A stretch of 62,949 nt of DNA, the filler included, from Octopus bimaculoides (Eukaryota), in assembly GCF_001194135.2 (NCBI RefSeq). It is 4 parts of 4 records of this genome, joined end to end, with 100 filler letters (N's around TTAATTAATTAA, not from the genome) between each part and the next. Parts side by side here need not be neighbours in the genome. Positions count along the whole stretch, not along the records: positions 1 to 18,704 come from NC_069001.1; 3 more parts are not named here. The stretch is one strand, 5' to 3'. This document shows, piece after piece, positions 1-10,420 of this stretch. Within the stretch, counting starts at the first letter, position 1, and every line of letters starts with the position of its first letter. The position numbers and the translations under genes were made by a program. The notes beneath the pieces are model-generated. The model made no database searches, had not been told where the DNA came from, and saw only the letters and a program-made list of their open reading frames with translations.

Positions 1-41
<41 letters not shown>

Positions 42-46
42 TATAT
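1..46. repeat. (TA)n microsatellite just downstream of the DUF229 stop
   Basis: Direct reading. Confidence 0.95.
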
Positions 47-88
47 ACGTACTTTCAAATAATACATAGAAAAATCTATTGCAAACCG

Positions 89-1963
89 TTATATACAGTA
101 GCAATATTTTCTCAAGAGACTGTCATGAATACAATCTGATTGATGTCCGTAACGGTTTATTCGACTAATCTGTCCCAATAAGGATAATTGTTTTTTGTCC
201 CTATAATACCTTACCGATCCTTCAAATAATCCTTCCCCAGGAAGTGTTTGCATAATAACTCGGTAATCTTTATAAGTCTGTATTCCTTTAACAAGGAAAG
301 AAAGTACCTCGTCATTCATTCCTGAAAATTCAGCATTTTTGATTTTCTGTAATTTTAACCTGGCACACAAGTTTTTAGAATTTAATGTCATATTGTTGAT
401 ATAATTAACAAGGTAATTAGTTACTTTAATTACAATGTTGTCATCAACAGCAACTGGAGTAAAGACGTGACATGTGCACCAGTGTGGTTTAATAGTTGCT
501 GCCTCGCAAGAACGATTTAAAGGTACCTTCTTGAACAGGCTGATTCGTTTGAGATTTTTATAGTCAATTTCATTAGATTTAGAACGTTCTGCTGCTTTTT
601 CGATATTTAAGATATCTTGTAGGGTTTCATATATATCAAACGGTGTTGTTAGTCGGTGAGTATTTACTTTAAGATTATTCCACAGTGTAGGAAATTTATC
701 TCTGAACCATTCAGGTGGAAGGATGTACATAGCAGGAAGTCGTTCTTCCAGTCGACCGACATAAGTTTTACGAAATGAACCAAATCTAATTCCATGATCA
801 GAAAAGAAAAACAAAATAGTATTGTTTAGCAGATTTTGACTATAAGATTTCTCAAGGATCCTCAGATATTCAAGATCTGCTCGTCCTGCTTCATTCATGT
901 CATCATGTGAAACACGCGTAATAAATGTTAACGAGAAATATGGTTTATCTTTATACACTCTGATAAAATCGTATGTATATTGTAGAACTACAGCTGCTTC
1001 CATACGATTACCGAAACAAAACAAATTATTTGACCAGAAGGAACGTTGTTCATCCATTGCCAGCGCAAATGGCCTGAAATAATGATCAGTCGGTTGTTTT
1101 TTAAAACCATATCTCAAATAGTTAAACATTGCTCCAGATGGTAAATCTTCTGCAAACATAGTAACGTAACCGGATTTATTATAATGTTTCCAAATTATAT
1201 CGTGTTTGTCAAAAGGCTTTGACGCAGATTTACTTGGCTCAAGTAGGTCTTCTACATACTGACCAGTAAGAAATGGTACCATATTGGGAAATGTATTATC
1301 AGCCACTTTATTGTAACCAAACATTTCAAAGGCTCCATGCTTTAATAAAAACTGACGAGTGAGAGGCATTTGTCGTATGAAGTTCAATCGTGAAACTGAA
1401 TCAACTCCAATTAATAGAATATTTAGTGAAAGCTTGTTTGTTAAAATAGTGTTTTTCATTGGATGTTTTGAAATTTTATGTTCAAGAGTATAAGTTGGTT
1501 TCTTTTTCTCAAGCAGCGATTCGTTCCTTTGGACAAATGCATGAAAGTTGGTGTAAATAATATCATTGTCTCTATTAAAACATTGAACTGTTATAAATTC
1601 ATGAGATATATTCACGTCTGATTTAAACTGTAACGATTCATCCATATATTCTATATGATTATCGTCAATATCTATCCGCACAATTGGGTATATTTTACAC
1701 AACTGAAAATTGTTTTTATACTGCTGTTTGATGAGAGTTTTATTAATTCTTAAAACGTTATCCTCTTGGTACGTCAGAGAAGCTTTACCCGGACAGGGCC
1801 GCCATACACTTATNNNNNNNNNNNNNNNNNNNNNNNNNNNNNNNNNNNNNNNNNNNNNNNNNNNNNNNNNNNNNNNNNNNNNNNNNNNNNNNNNNNNNNN
1901 NNNNNNNNNNNNNNNNNNAATGGTGACCCAAAACAAAATTGCGTTTCTTTTCCACTTATACAT
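89..1963 (-). CDS. DUF229-family protein (alkaline phosphatase/sulfatase-like superfamily), probable type II membrane protein
   Basis: 624-codon ORF, ATG at 1963, TAA at 89-91. Motifs match DUF229 as recalled: LNILLIGVDSVSRLNFIRQMP, GYNKVADNTFPN, HYFRPF, FFSDHGIRFG, GRLEERLP, RLTTPFDIYETL, PHWCTC and the C-terminal SRINRYG..C. An N gap (1814-1918) covers the likely signal-anchor. Confidence 0.9.
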   Translation of the reverse strand: MYKWKRNAILFWVTIXXXXXXXXXXXXXXXXXXXXXXXXXXXXXXXXXXXISVWRPCPGKASLTYQEDNVLRINKTLIKQQYKNNFQLCKIYPIVRIDIDDNHIEYMDESLQFKSDVNISHEFITVQCFNRDNDIIYTNFHAFVQRNESLLEKKKPTYTLEHKISKHPMKNTILTNKLSLNILLIGVDSVSRLNFIRQMPLTRQFLLKHGAFEMFGYNKVADNTFPNMVPFLTGQYVEDLLEPSKSASKPFDKHDIIWKHYNKSGYVTMFAEDLPSGAMFNYLRYGFKKQPTDHYFRPFALAMDEQRSFWSNNLFCFGNRMEAAVVLQYTYDFIRVYKDKPYFSLTFITRVSHDDMNEAGRADLEYLRILEKSYSQNLLNNTILFFFSDHGIRFGSFRKTYVGRLEERLPAMYILPPEWFRDKFPTLWNNLKVNTHRLTTPFDIYETLQDILNIEKAAERSKSNEIDYKNLKRISLFKKVPLNRSCEAATIKPHWCTCHVFTPVAVDDNIVIKVTNYLVNYINNMTLNSKNLCARLKLQKIKNAEFSGMNDEVLSFLVKGIQTYKDYRVIMQTLPGEGLFEGSVRYYRDKKQLSLLGQISRINRYGHQSDCIHDSLLRKYCYCI

Positions 1964-2042
1964 TTTTTCGTTTCAGTTTTTACCTCAGGAAATCTGAAAC
2001 AGATAATTTCTTATTGTTAATTTTACTTAAAAGCAATGAAAT

Positions 2043-2206
2043 AGGAGTGGCTGTGTGGTAAGTAGTTTGCTTACCAACCACATGGTTCTGGGTTCAGTCC
2101 CACTGCGCGGCACCTTGGGCAAGTGTCTTCTACTATAGCCGCGGGCAGACTAAAGCTTTGTGAGTGGATTTGGCAGACGGAAACTGAAAGAAGCCCGTTG
2201 TATATA
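2043..2206 (+). mobile_element. tRNA-derived SINE, family A (head and body)
   Basis: A-box-like TGGCTGTGTGGTA, B-box-like GGTTCAGTCCC, CORE-like ACCTTGGGCAAGT; ends GAAACTGAAAGAAGCCCG before TA. Near-identical to copies at 10238, 12909, 25343 and 42383. Confidence 0.85.
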
Positions 2207-2433
2207 CAATCAGACATGTGTAGCCTATACTATTAGAGTTACCCATTAACATTAATGAGACGAGATTTTCCAAGAACGCGTTTGTTTTTGCATGGATGAC
2301 TGGTTGTTCTATTTCAGTAGAAGTCTACTTATAGAGTGCTTGAAAACCGTTTTGATTCTTTATTCTCATGCTGTTGTTATTGTTGAGGTCGTGGTATGGC
2401 TCTTTTTTGTTTGGCTGCACCTCTTATTAAACA

Positions 2434-3180
2434 TACTATATGTATGTGAGGGCTGGTCAGTGTCCATACAAAATTTAATTTTCATTTCCATCATTTTCAT
2501 TTCGATTAAAACAATATAACATTTCATAGAGATAAGCTTTCTATTGTCAACAAGATATTTTATACCACGACAACAAGGAAATCACATTTTGTATATGACT
2601 GTGTATCTGACTGTAAGTGTGTGTGTGTGTGTGTAAGTGCATGAGTGTGTATATGTCTCAGTGTGTGTCTTTCCGCGTTAGGTACGTTACTAAGCATACA
2701 CACATCTATACATACATATACATATGTAACGGTACGTTATTAAACACACACACACACACATACATATACATATACATATGTGACGACTGACTGCGCGAAT
2801 GTATGTCTGTTTGTGTCTATCTTACTATATGTATGTGAGGGCTGGCTAGTGTGACTACGAAATTTTACTTTTATTTCCATTAAAACAATATAACATTTTA
2901 TAGATATAATATTTCTATTGTCAACAGGACATTTTCTACCACGACGATAACGACAACACATTTTGTATATCATTATGTATCTGTCTGAGTGTACGTGTGT
3001 AATTGTATGCTTGTATATATGTCTCAGTGTGTGTGTTTCCGCTTTAAGGTAAGTTATTAAACATACACACATCTACACATACTTATACACATGTGACAAC
3101 TGGCAGGCGTGAATGTATGTCTCTTTGTAGCTATTTTAGTATATGTTTGTGAGTGTTTGTCAGCAAGATTTTATACCGCA
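2434..3180. repeat. Diverged local tandem duplication, period about 390 bp, a little over two copies
   Basis: TACTATATGTATGTGAGGGCTGG at 2434 and 2823. Shared internal blocks include ATTAAAACAATATAACATTT, TTTCTATTGTCAACA, ATATGTCTCAGTGTGTGT and CATACACACATCTA. Confidence 0.8.
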
Positions 3181-3670
3181 ACGTCATATCATTATTATTT
3201 ACAGCATTGTAAACTCGGCACCATATTTAAAAAAATCATTCGCAACGAAAGCATATACATATATATATTTAATTTACAATGAAAGTAATAAAACAAAATT
3301 TGCTTTAGAAGCGTTGAGATGTATTGAAAGATACAGAAATATTTATTCTCAAACGCATGATAATGCTACTACAATAGCATAAACGGGATAATCTATCCTT
3401 ATACTGCAGAAAAAAATCGTTACTCTATGATTGCAGCTCTCTTACAATATAAGGGCAGTTTATCCTGTTCATGCTATTGTAATAGTGTTATCATGTGTTG
3501 GAGAATAAATTATTTTGTATCTTTTANNNNNNNNNNNNNNNNNNNNNNNNNNNNNNNNNNNNNNNNNNNNNNNNNNNNNNNNNNNNNNNNNNNNNNNNNN
3601 NNNNNNNNNNNNNNNNNNNNNNNNNNNNNNNNNNNNNNNNNNNNNNNNNNNNNNNNNNNNNNNNNNNNNN

Positions 3671-3729
<59 letters not shown>

Positions 3730-4577
3730 TACAGTTAGTTAGATATATATATATATGAAATATATTATATAAAGTGTCGTATAACCTGTATAATTTTCTG
3801 ATTATTGGTAAATATCGTTAATACATCTGATGGCTGAGAGACTCGATTCATAGACAGCTTATCGTCTCAATCTGAACCTTGAGTAAAATTTATATAATTC
3901 CATTCTGATGGAAACCTTCTTTCCAAGTCTACATTAACTTTATCCTGTTCTCACAATGAATTTGAAGGCACTTAAATGACATGTAGTTGTCGCCATTCCG
4001 TCTTTAAACCCACCATGAAAAAAAAAAACAACAAAAAAACAACAACAACATAGAATAGATAGGAACTCTTTATATACTTACGTGATTGGAAAGTAGTTCT
4101 TCAGTCGGAGTATTCTCTCTAAATATTGTACCTCTGCAAAGCTGTCAGTTCTCAGAAACAGTCTGTATAAATGCATTTTATCTTATGATTTCTAGTTGTG
4201 TATTGATCGGTTATTTCAAGACAGCAGCTGCAATCAAAGAATAAGATATGAATTATTGAATAGATCACGTAAAAATGTTATACTAATTTTAAAATATTCC
4301 GATCGTTATAATTCCCACAACATCTTTACATGTCTTTATGTACATTGCAAACTTTTATTATAATTACAAAGTTTTTTTTTTTACCATAATTCATGCTTTA
4401 TGTATATTCAGCATATTATTTTTCATTAAAAGCTAACTGTTATATCTTATTAAAATTTGCTCTCATAGTGTTATTATAAAACTGCTTTTTTTTCAGGTGA
4501 AGGAAATTTAATGAAATAAAGGCTAAAGTTAAATGAGCTACAGCAATAAACAGCTATTGCAGCTTAAATCAGGACAT

Positions 4578-4967
4578 GGCAATCGCTCGGTTACGACGTC
4601 GCGAGTTCCAGTTGATCCGATCAACGGAACAGCCTGCTCGTGAAGTTGACGGGCAAGTGGCTGAGCACTCCACAGACACGTGCACCCTTAACGTAGTTCT
4701 CGGAGAGATTCAACTGGCCCTTTGAAATACAGATACAACAGAAATAGGAAGAACGAGTGAGAGAAAGTTGTGGTGAAAGAGTACAGCAGGGTTCACCACC
4801 GTTGTGGTCAAAGAGTACAGCAGGGTTCGCCACCACCCCTTGCCGGAGCCTCGTGGAACTTTAGGTGTTTTCGCTCAATAAACACTCACAATGCCAGATG
4901 TGAGAACCGAAACCGCGACCCTACGACCGCGAGTCCGCTGCCCAAACCACTGGGCCATTGCGCCTCT
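4578..4967 (-). mobile_element. tRNA-derived SINE, family D (full length, with internal 34-bp duplication)
   Basis: Reverse complement aligns end to end with 6023-6376, including the head CAATGGCCCAGTGGTT and the body GTTGATCGGATCAACTGGAAC. Confidence 0.85.
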
Positions 4968-5437
4968 ACATGTTTGTTATAAGTCTGTTTAAATGCAACA
5001 TAATCCTCACTTAATTACTTCCACCCCACCAATCTACCTCCCCTTCTAGACACCAATTTTTAATGTTTTTATTGTCTCATATTTTCAGCTTAACCAACGA
5101 AATGTCAATGGCTTTCCATCTCTGCATCTGGCCTGTTCTCATGCAGTGGCTAAAAATGGCGACACACTTCTACGTTGGGCTGTTCAAATGTAAACCCCTC
5201 AATGTTCTTAAACATCCATATCTGTTTCTTTTGTGTTTTCATTATGTCATAAACCCATCATTGATTGTTCTACTTTCTTTCGCACTTTCTTTTATCACCA
5301 TAATTATTATTGCACTTGTAACGTTTAGGTAATAGACGATGAGATGAAATAAAGAATTTAGCCAAGTAACAAGTTCGAATCCACTCTCCTTTTGATTCCA
5401 TGCAAACAAAAAAACAACCCTTTCTTTCTTTTTCATA

Positions 5438-5468
<31 letters not shown>

Positions 5469-6022
5469 CTGTATCTATCTTTCTATCTCTCAGCCCTGTG
5501 TGGCTATAATAAAAAGATATCTATCTCTCCCCTAATATCTCACTTTTGTCTTACTCTACAATTTACTTTTGTCGCTTTATGTTCTATGTTCAAATCCTAC
5601 CAGAGTTTCTATTGTCATTCTGGAGCTGATGTTATATGTACTAGTAATATCCAGGGGTTCATTTAACACAGTGCCCCCCACCCCACTCTGCTGTTCTTGT
5701 GTCTTAATACTATTGGAAAAATAATACCTTGTGGTATTTATTTCCGACCCATAACGTTCTGCGTTCAAATCTTGCTGGGGTTAACTATCCTTGCAAGATT
5801 GATAAAATACAATACCAACCATGTGCTGTGGTTCATATAATTAACAATAAACTTTCTTCCACTCCAAAATCTTGTGTCTATATTAGTTGTTCATTATACT
5901 ATGTTTACATTACTGCTTTCTCTGGTGTGTATATATTGTTGCCCTACTGTGTAATGTGTCTATTTACTTCATACATGTGCGTCTATATAATTACTGATGT
6001 GAGTAGGTTATAGTTTTGTTTT

Positions 6023-6376
6023 GAGGAAGAGCAATGGCCCAGTGGTTAGGGCAGTGGACTCGCGGTCATAGGATCGCGGTTTCGATTCCCAGACCGGGCA
6101 TTGTGAGTGTTTATCGAGCAAAAACACCTAAAGCTCCACGAGGCTCCGGCAGGGGAAGGTGGCGAACCCTGCTGTACCCTTCCACCACAACTCTCTCTCT
6201 CACTCTTACTTCCTTTTTCTGTTGTGTCCGTAATTCAAAGGGTCAGCCTTGTCACACGTTAAGGGCACACGTGTCTGTGGAATGCTCAGCCACCTGGAGG
6301 TTAATTTCGCGAGCAAGCTGTTCTGTTGATCGGATCAACTGGAACCCTCGACGTCGTAAGCGACGGAGTGCCAACA
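6023..6376 (+). mobile_element. tRNA-derived SINE, family D, full length with target-site duplication
   Basis: A box TGGCCCAGTGGTT, B box GGTTTCGATTCCC. 13-bp TSD ATAGTTTTGTTTT at 6010-6022 and 6377-6389. Confidence 0.9.
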
Positions 6377-6532
6377 ATAGTTTTGTTTTAATTATTTTTA
6401 TTTTAATTATTCAATAACCTAATACTTATGAATTATCTCAATCTCTGTGCGGTTTATATTTTGTCTATAACTTTCAGGCAGCACTATGATGTGGAGACTT
6501 TGAGGTTAGCGCGGTTTGTTAACATATACATA

Positions 6533-6561
6533 CAGGGTGGCCCAAAAGTAGGTTTACAGTT
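6533..6561 (+). mobile_element. Solo Tc1/mariner-type terminal inverted repeat
   Basis: TA followed by CAGGGTGGCCCAAAAGTAGGTTTACAGTT, which resembles Tc1/mariner termini. No partner end was found. Confidence 0.5.
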
Positions 6562-7127
6562 ATTCAACTATCTCTTTCGCATTCATATATTAACAGTTTA
6601 GATCTTAATTATAAAAAAATATGAAAACAACTAATTAGTTAATCGTTAATTAGTTAATGCTAATTTAGTTAATTGTAAGATAGAAATTTTAAAGTAATAA
6701 AATGTTTTAAAAGAAATTTCAAGGCATATCATGAATTCACAAGAAAATAATCTTCGGAGAACAACACAATTTCACATGTAAACTCATGCGCAGATGATGC
6801 ACATTACAACGAGACAAAATAGACTAAACAGAACAGAAGGAAAGACGTGGAGGAAAGATTTGCTGAAGAGGTCACAGATGAGTGATGAACGATTTCTTAA
6901 CAATTGAGAATAATAATAAACGAATGAAGAAAGAATATATAGTGCGTGTGTTTTTTTTTATAAGAAAAGAGAAAACAAATAACCATCCCGAAATATAACA
7001 ATATTTGTTTCAACAAGCGTTTTCACATCAGGGCTCTTGCGCGTATTTAAATATATGTTTTTATTTTATCAGTTTCATCCTAAAGCTGTGGCCATGCTGG
7101 GGCACAACAGTTTTTGCTACAGAGTTA

Positions 7128-7292
7128 TTATTGTGAGCCTCTTCTGATATGTGGCATTTCGTGAATAAGGGAGTTTGATGTTACTACCCTCATTGGCACC
7201 TCCTGTTTCGAGGTAGATTCATCGGGGAGCCTCCACAGACAGAGATCCAGTTTTGATTTGACAAGGCCTACATCCACTTTGTGCAGGTTCCT
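7128..7292 (-). mobile_element. 3' end of a CR1/L2-group LINE ORF2
   Basis: Translates RNLHKVDVGLVKSKLDLCLWRLPDESTSKQEVPMRVVTSNSLIHEMPHIRRGSQ followed by TAATAA. Resembles the KLD.FL..VPDEP...SNSL C-terminal signature. Confidence 0.65.
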
Positions 7293-7364
7293 GGCTCTAC
7301 TCTGCATGCTTTAGCTTCATTAATATGGGGCAACAGCCCGGATACTTACTGATCAGACCACGTA
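7293..7364 (-). mobile_element. Left end (TIR plus about 40 bp) of a mariner element
   Basis: Reverse complement reads TA-CGTGGTCTGATCAGTAAGTATCCGGGCTGTTGCC...GAAGCTAAAGCATGCAGAGTAGAGCC, a mariner-type TIR. Confidence 0.65.
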
Positions 7365-7579
7365 TGTTCACAACGGAGAAGAGCTCTATTTATTGATGAA
7401 AATAAATCACAATATCACAAATACCCATATCCATCCATCCATCCATCTATCTATCTATCTATCTCTCTGTCTGTATGCCTGTCAGTTTGTCTGTCTGTGT
7501 GTCTGTGTGTCTGCCCATCTGCCGGACAGTCGGTCTGCCTGTCCACCATTCTGTGTGTCTGTCTGAAGGAGAGGAAATT

Positions 7580-8280
7580 TTATTATGCGCTACATGAACC
7601 TGGTGACAAATGTGACAGTCAATGCCGCCTTAACAGCCTCTGCGATAGGTCAGGTGTAACCTGAGATGGCAACATAAGGTTCATTTCATTTGATGAACTT
7701 TATCATCCAAGAAATGGCAAGGTTTCTTCTTACAAACATTAGGAAAGCCATCTCATGTACATTATGGACGGGAGACACTAGATCTAACCCTCGCACTTCA
7801 TTTATTCTTCTTTATGTCTCATTTGCCAGGAAGTATCTTTCTCATCGAAGGTCGGCGATTGTCGTACGCTGAAGAAGGGAACCTACCCTTAAACTAGAAT
7901 CCGTATGTATCGCAGATCAAGATGGGAAAGATAACTTCCCTTGGCAAATATAGACAGGACACAGATGTGTGTCGATAGCCAGCTGGAGGAGATGTTCTCT
8001 TGGGGCTAAAAGCAACAGTAACATCCACCCTTAGGGGTCAGCCACATTTAAGTGGCAAATATACTTCACTTTATCGTGCAGTTACTGTTAATACTTCGTT
8101 CAGAGATTTAACATTGCTTCTTTTCTTCGTTTTCTGGGAAAGAAATTTTGCTTATTTTACACCTGCAAGGGAAACAACTAAATGGGGTCATTATTCATGG
8201 GAGGTAACTCCTAACATTCCCTTTCCTTTCTTTCTCCTCTCGACATGATGGGACCTAACTCTGTTTAAACCATTCAATTC
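7580..8280 (+). mobile_element. Probable Penelope-like element remnant carrying a hammerhead-like motif at 7864-7906
   Basis: Stem I (GTACG/CGTAT), intact CTGAAGA core and stem II (AGGG/CCCT). The family call rests on the known link between Penelope-like elements and hammerheads. No ORF was recognised and the boundaries are approximate. Confidence 0.45.
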
Positions 8281-8755
8281 TTTTACAAAGAACGTTCATT
8301 TTACGCTAAATTTAAGTAACGCCAATTACGTCTCAGAAACGAGAATTTTGTCTTTCTTTTTAAACGTATTAGCAGAAATTGTGCCATTTTATGTCAGTTG
8401 TGACACGCTAATCCCTAGTATTGTGTTTCCTCCTTTTACACCGTTCCCAATGCCGTGGATTACTGACTCACTTCATATAAACACTCCTTTCCCCGCTATC
8501 ACATCTTTCAAATCCCTGCTGCTTCATTGTCTCTGCTTCCTCTCAGTTTATGCGTTGTCCTTACCCTCCCGATATTGTGGAAAACGAAAGCGAAATGTAT
8601 GCGTCTAGAAATTTCGAAGCTATTGTGCTTGCGAGCGCGTTAGTGAGTGTATGCGCGCGTATGAATCCATGCATGCGTGTCCACGTATGTGCATCCAAGT
8701 AGCTGTAGGTGTTCAACTCCCGTCCATTGTATATATATATATATATATTTAACTG

Positions 8756-9025
8756 CTCTCGGGTCCCAAATAATAGGAGGGCGATTGGAGCAGGTGGGTT
8801 AAACATTTGCTTAAATTCATATAAACGGGTGGGTTGGAATAAACGGAGGTGGGGTAGTAAATCGGTAATTGTTTCGTGACGACAGTATAAAATTTTTTTA
8901 AAATTTTAGGTTGTCTCCTTTGGTTTTTTACTCTTGGGTCTCACATAATAGGGGGTGATGCACATTTATTTAAATTGATATAAGCGGCTATGTTGGAATA
9001 AACGGGGGTGGGTGGGAATCAGTAA
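8756..9025. repeat. Diverged direct repeat, period 175 bp (likely DNA-transposon subterminal repeats)
   Basis: CTCTCGGGTCCCAAATAATAGG...GTTGGAATAAACGGAGGTGGG at 8756 versus CTCTTGGGTCTCACATAATAGG...GTTGGAATAAACGGGGGTGGG at 8931. Confidence 0.6.
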
Positions 9026-9238
9026 CTGTTCAGTGTATGTACGAAAATTAGGGGGAAAAGCATCTTAAAGCACATACGACACAACGAGGCAAAAGAAATA
9101 ATTAAGAGGCAATTAAAATTAAAACAAACGTGTGCTTCGAACGTTCACTTTAGTTAAGATGTACATTTGGATAATAAAAATAAAGCTTTCGTAAATTATG
9201 GTAATTATGGGATTTTTGAAAAATGTTGTGGACTAAAC

Positions 9239-9516
9239 CAGGGGCTTTTAAACTGTGGTCCGCAAGGACAAGACAGGGGGTTCGTAGACAGCAAAGACTT
9301 TTTATGGGAAATTTGATTTTATATGTTTTTTAATCGAAATCTTTTAATTGACAATAAACCTATTTTGTTAAATACTGTTAAATAAATAAATTTTAAAATA
9401 TATGTTATTTTAAGCAAATATTTATGTATAAATTTCATAAGCGTTTATAAGGGGGTCCCTAAGGTAAAGCCTGTAATATAAAGGGGTCCGCAAGTCAAAA
9501 AGTTTGAAAACCCCTG
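9239..9516. mobile_element. Non-autonomous hAT (Charlie-like) MITE, 278 bp
   Basis: 16-bp TIRs CAGGGGCTTTTAAACT / AGTTTGAAAACCCCTG (2 mismatches). 8-bp TSD GACTAAAC (9231-9238) / AACTAAAC (9517-9524). Confidence 0.85.
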
Positions 9517-9889
9517 AACTAAACAGATATTGATACAAACAACAGGTTTTAAAAAGAATGAAAACTAAAACACTTTGAAAAGAGTATAATTACCGTTTCA
9601 TGAACTTGCAGTATTTATTATACTATCCATAATAAAATATAGCACTCCGTAAATAGGTATGAATAATAGATTCATGATTTTTCGTTACTGTCCTTCTGTA
9701 GGTTTCTCCGTTTCGATATTCGCTTCTTTACGGATCGCCAAGCTTCACGGACAGTTCTTAGTTTGCGTGGAATTTATGCTGGTGTTTGGTAGATAAAAAC
9801 CGTAGAGAATTTAAAGACGTGTCAGTCAAAATAATAATGAAATCCTCCAGATTTTGTTATTTCATTTAATCGACTTCCGCCTTCCCATC

Positions 9890-10100
9890 AAACTGCTGAA
9901 CTTGTGCCTAAGCATCGGGCAACGTGCTTTGCAACGTAGAGTTATGGTCCATCACATTCTAAGTTCAATCCCGCTGAGGTTAGCTTTACCTTTCATCCCT
10001 ACGAGGTCGATAAAATAAAGCACCAGTAATGTACTGGGCCATTTTAATCCGTCTGTCCTTCCCCACAAATTGTTGGCCTTGTGACTAAATGAGACATCAT
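9890..10100 (+). mobile_element. Diverged SINE family B copy (tail type 2)
   Basis: TTCTAAGTTCAATCCCGCTGAGGTTAGCTTTACCTTTCATCC...GGTCGATAAAATAAAGCACCAG aligns with 62561-62779. Confidence 0.7.
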
Positions 10101-10237
10101 TATTTAAAATTTTCAAGGCTGCCACTCTTTATTTTTTTCTAATACTAGAATTAGTTATTTAGTTTATATATCCTATTTATTTTACAACATTGTACTACTT
10201 GTTATGTGTTTTTTTTTGTTTTTTTTTGTCAAGTATA

Positions 10238-10420
10238 GGCGCAGGAGTGGCCGTGTGGTAAGTAGCTAGCTTCCCAACCACATGGTTCCAGGTTCAGTCC
10301 CACTGCGTGGCACCTTGGGCAAGTGTCTTCTACTATAGCCTCGGGCCGACCAAAGCCTTGTGAGTGGATTTGGTAGAAAGAAACTGAAAGAAGCTCGTCG
10401 TATATATATATATATATATA
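10238..10420 (+). mobile_element. SINE family A head and body running into (TA)n and an 831-N gap
   Basis: Aligns with 2043-2206. Confidence 0.9.

Noticed and set aside
6023-6100. tRNA gene candidates at SINE heads (also 2043, 10238 and 62561)
   Set aside because: A and B boxes are present, but there is no complete cloverleaf and the sequence continues into SINE bodies.
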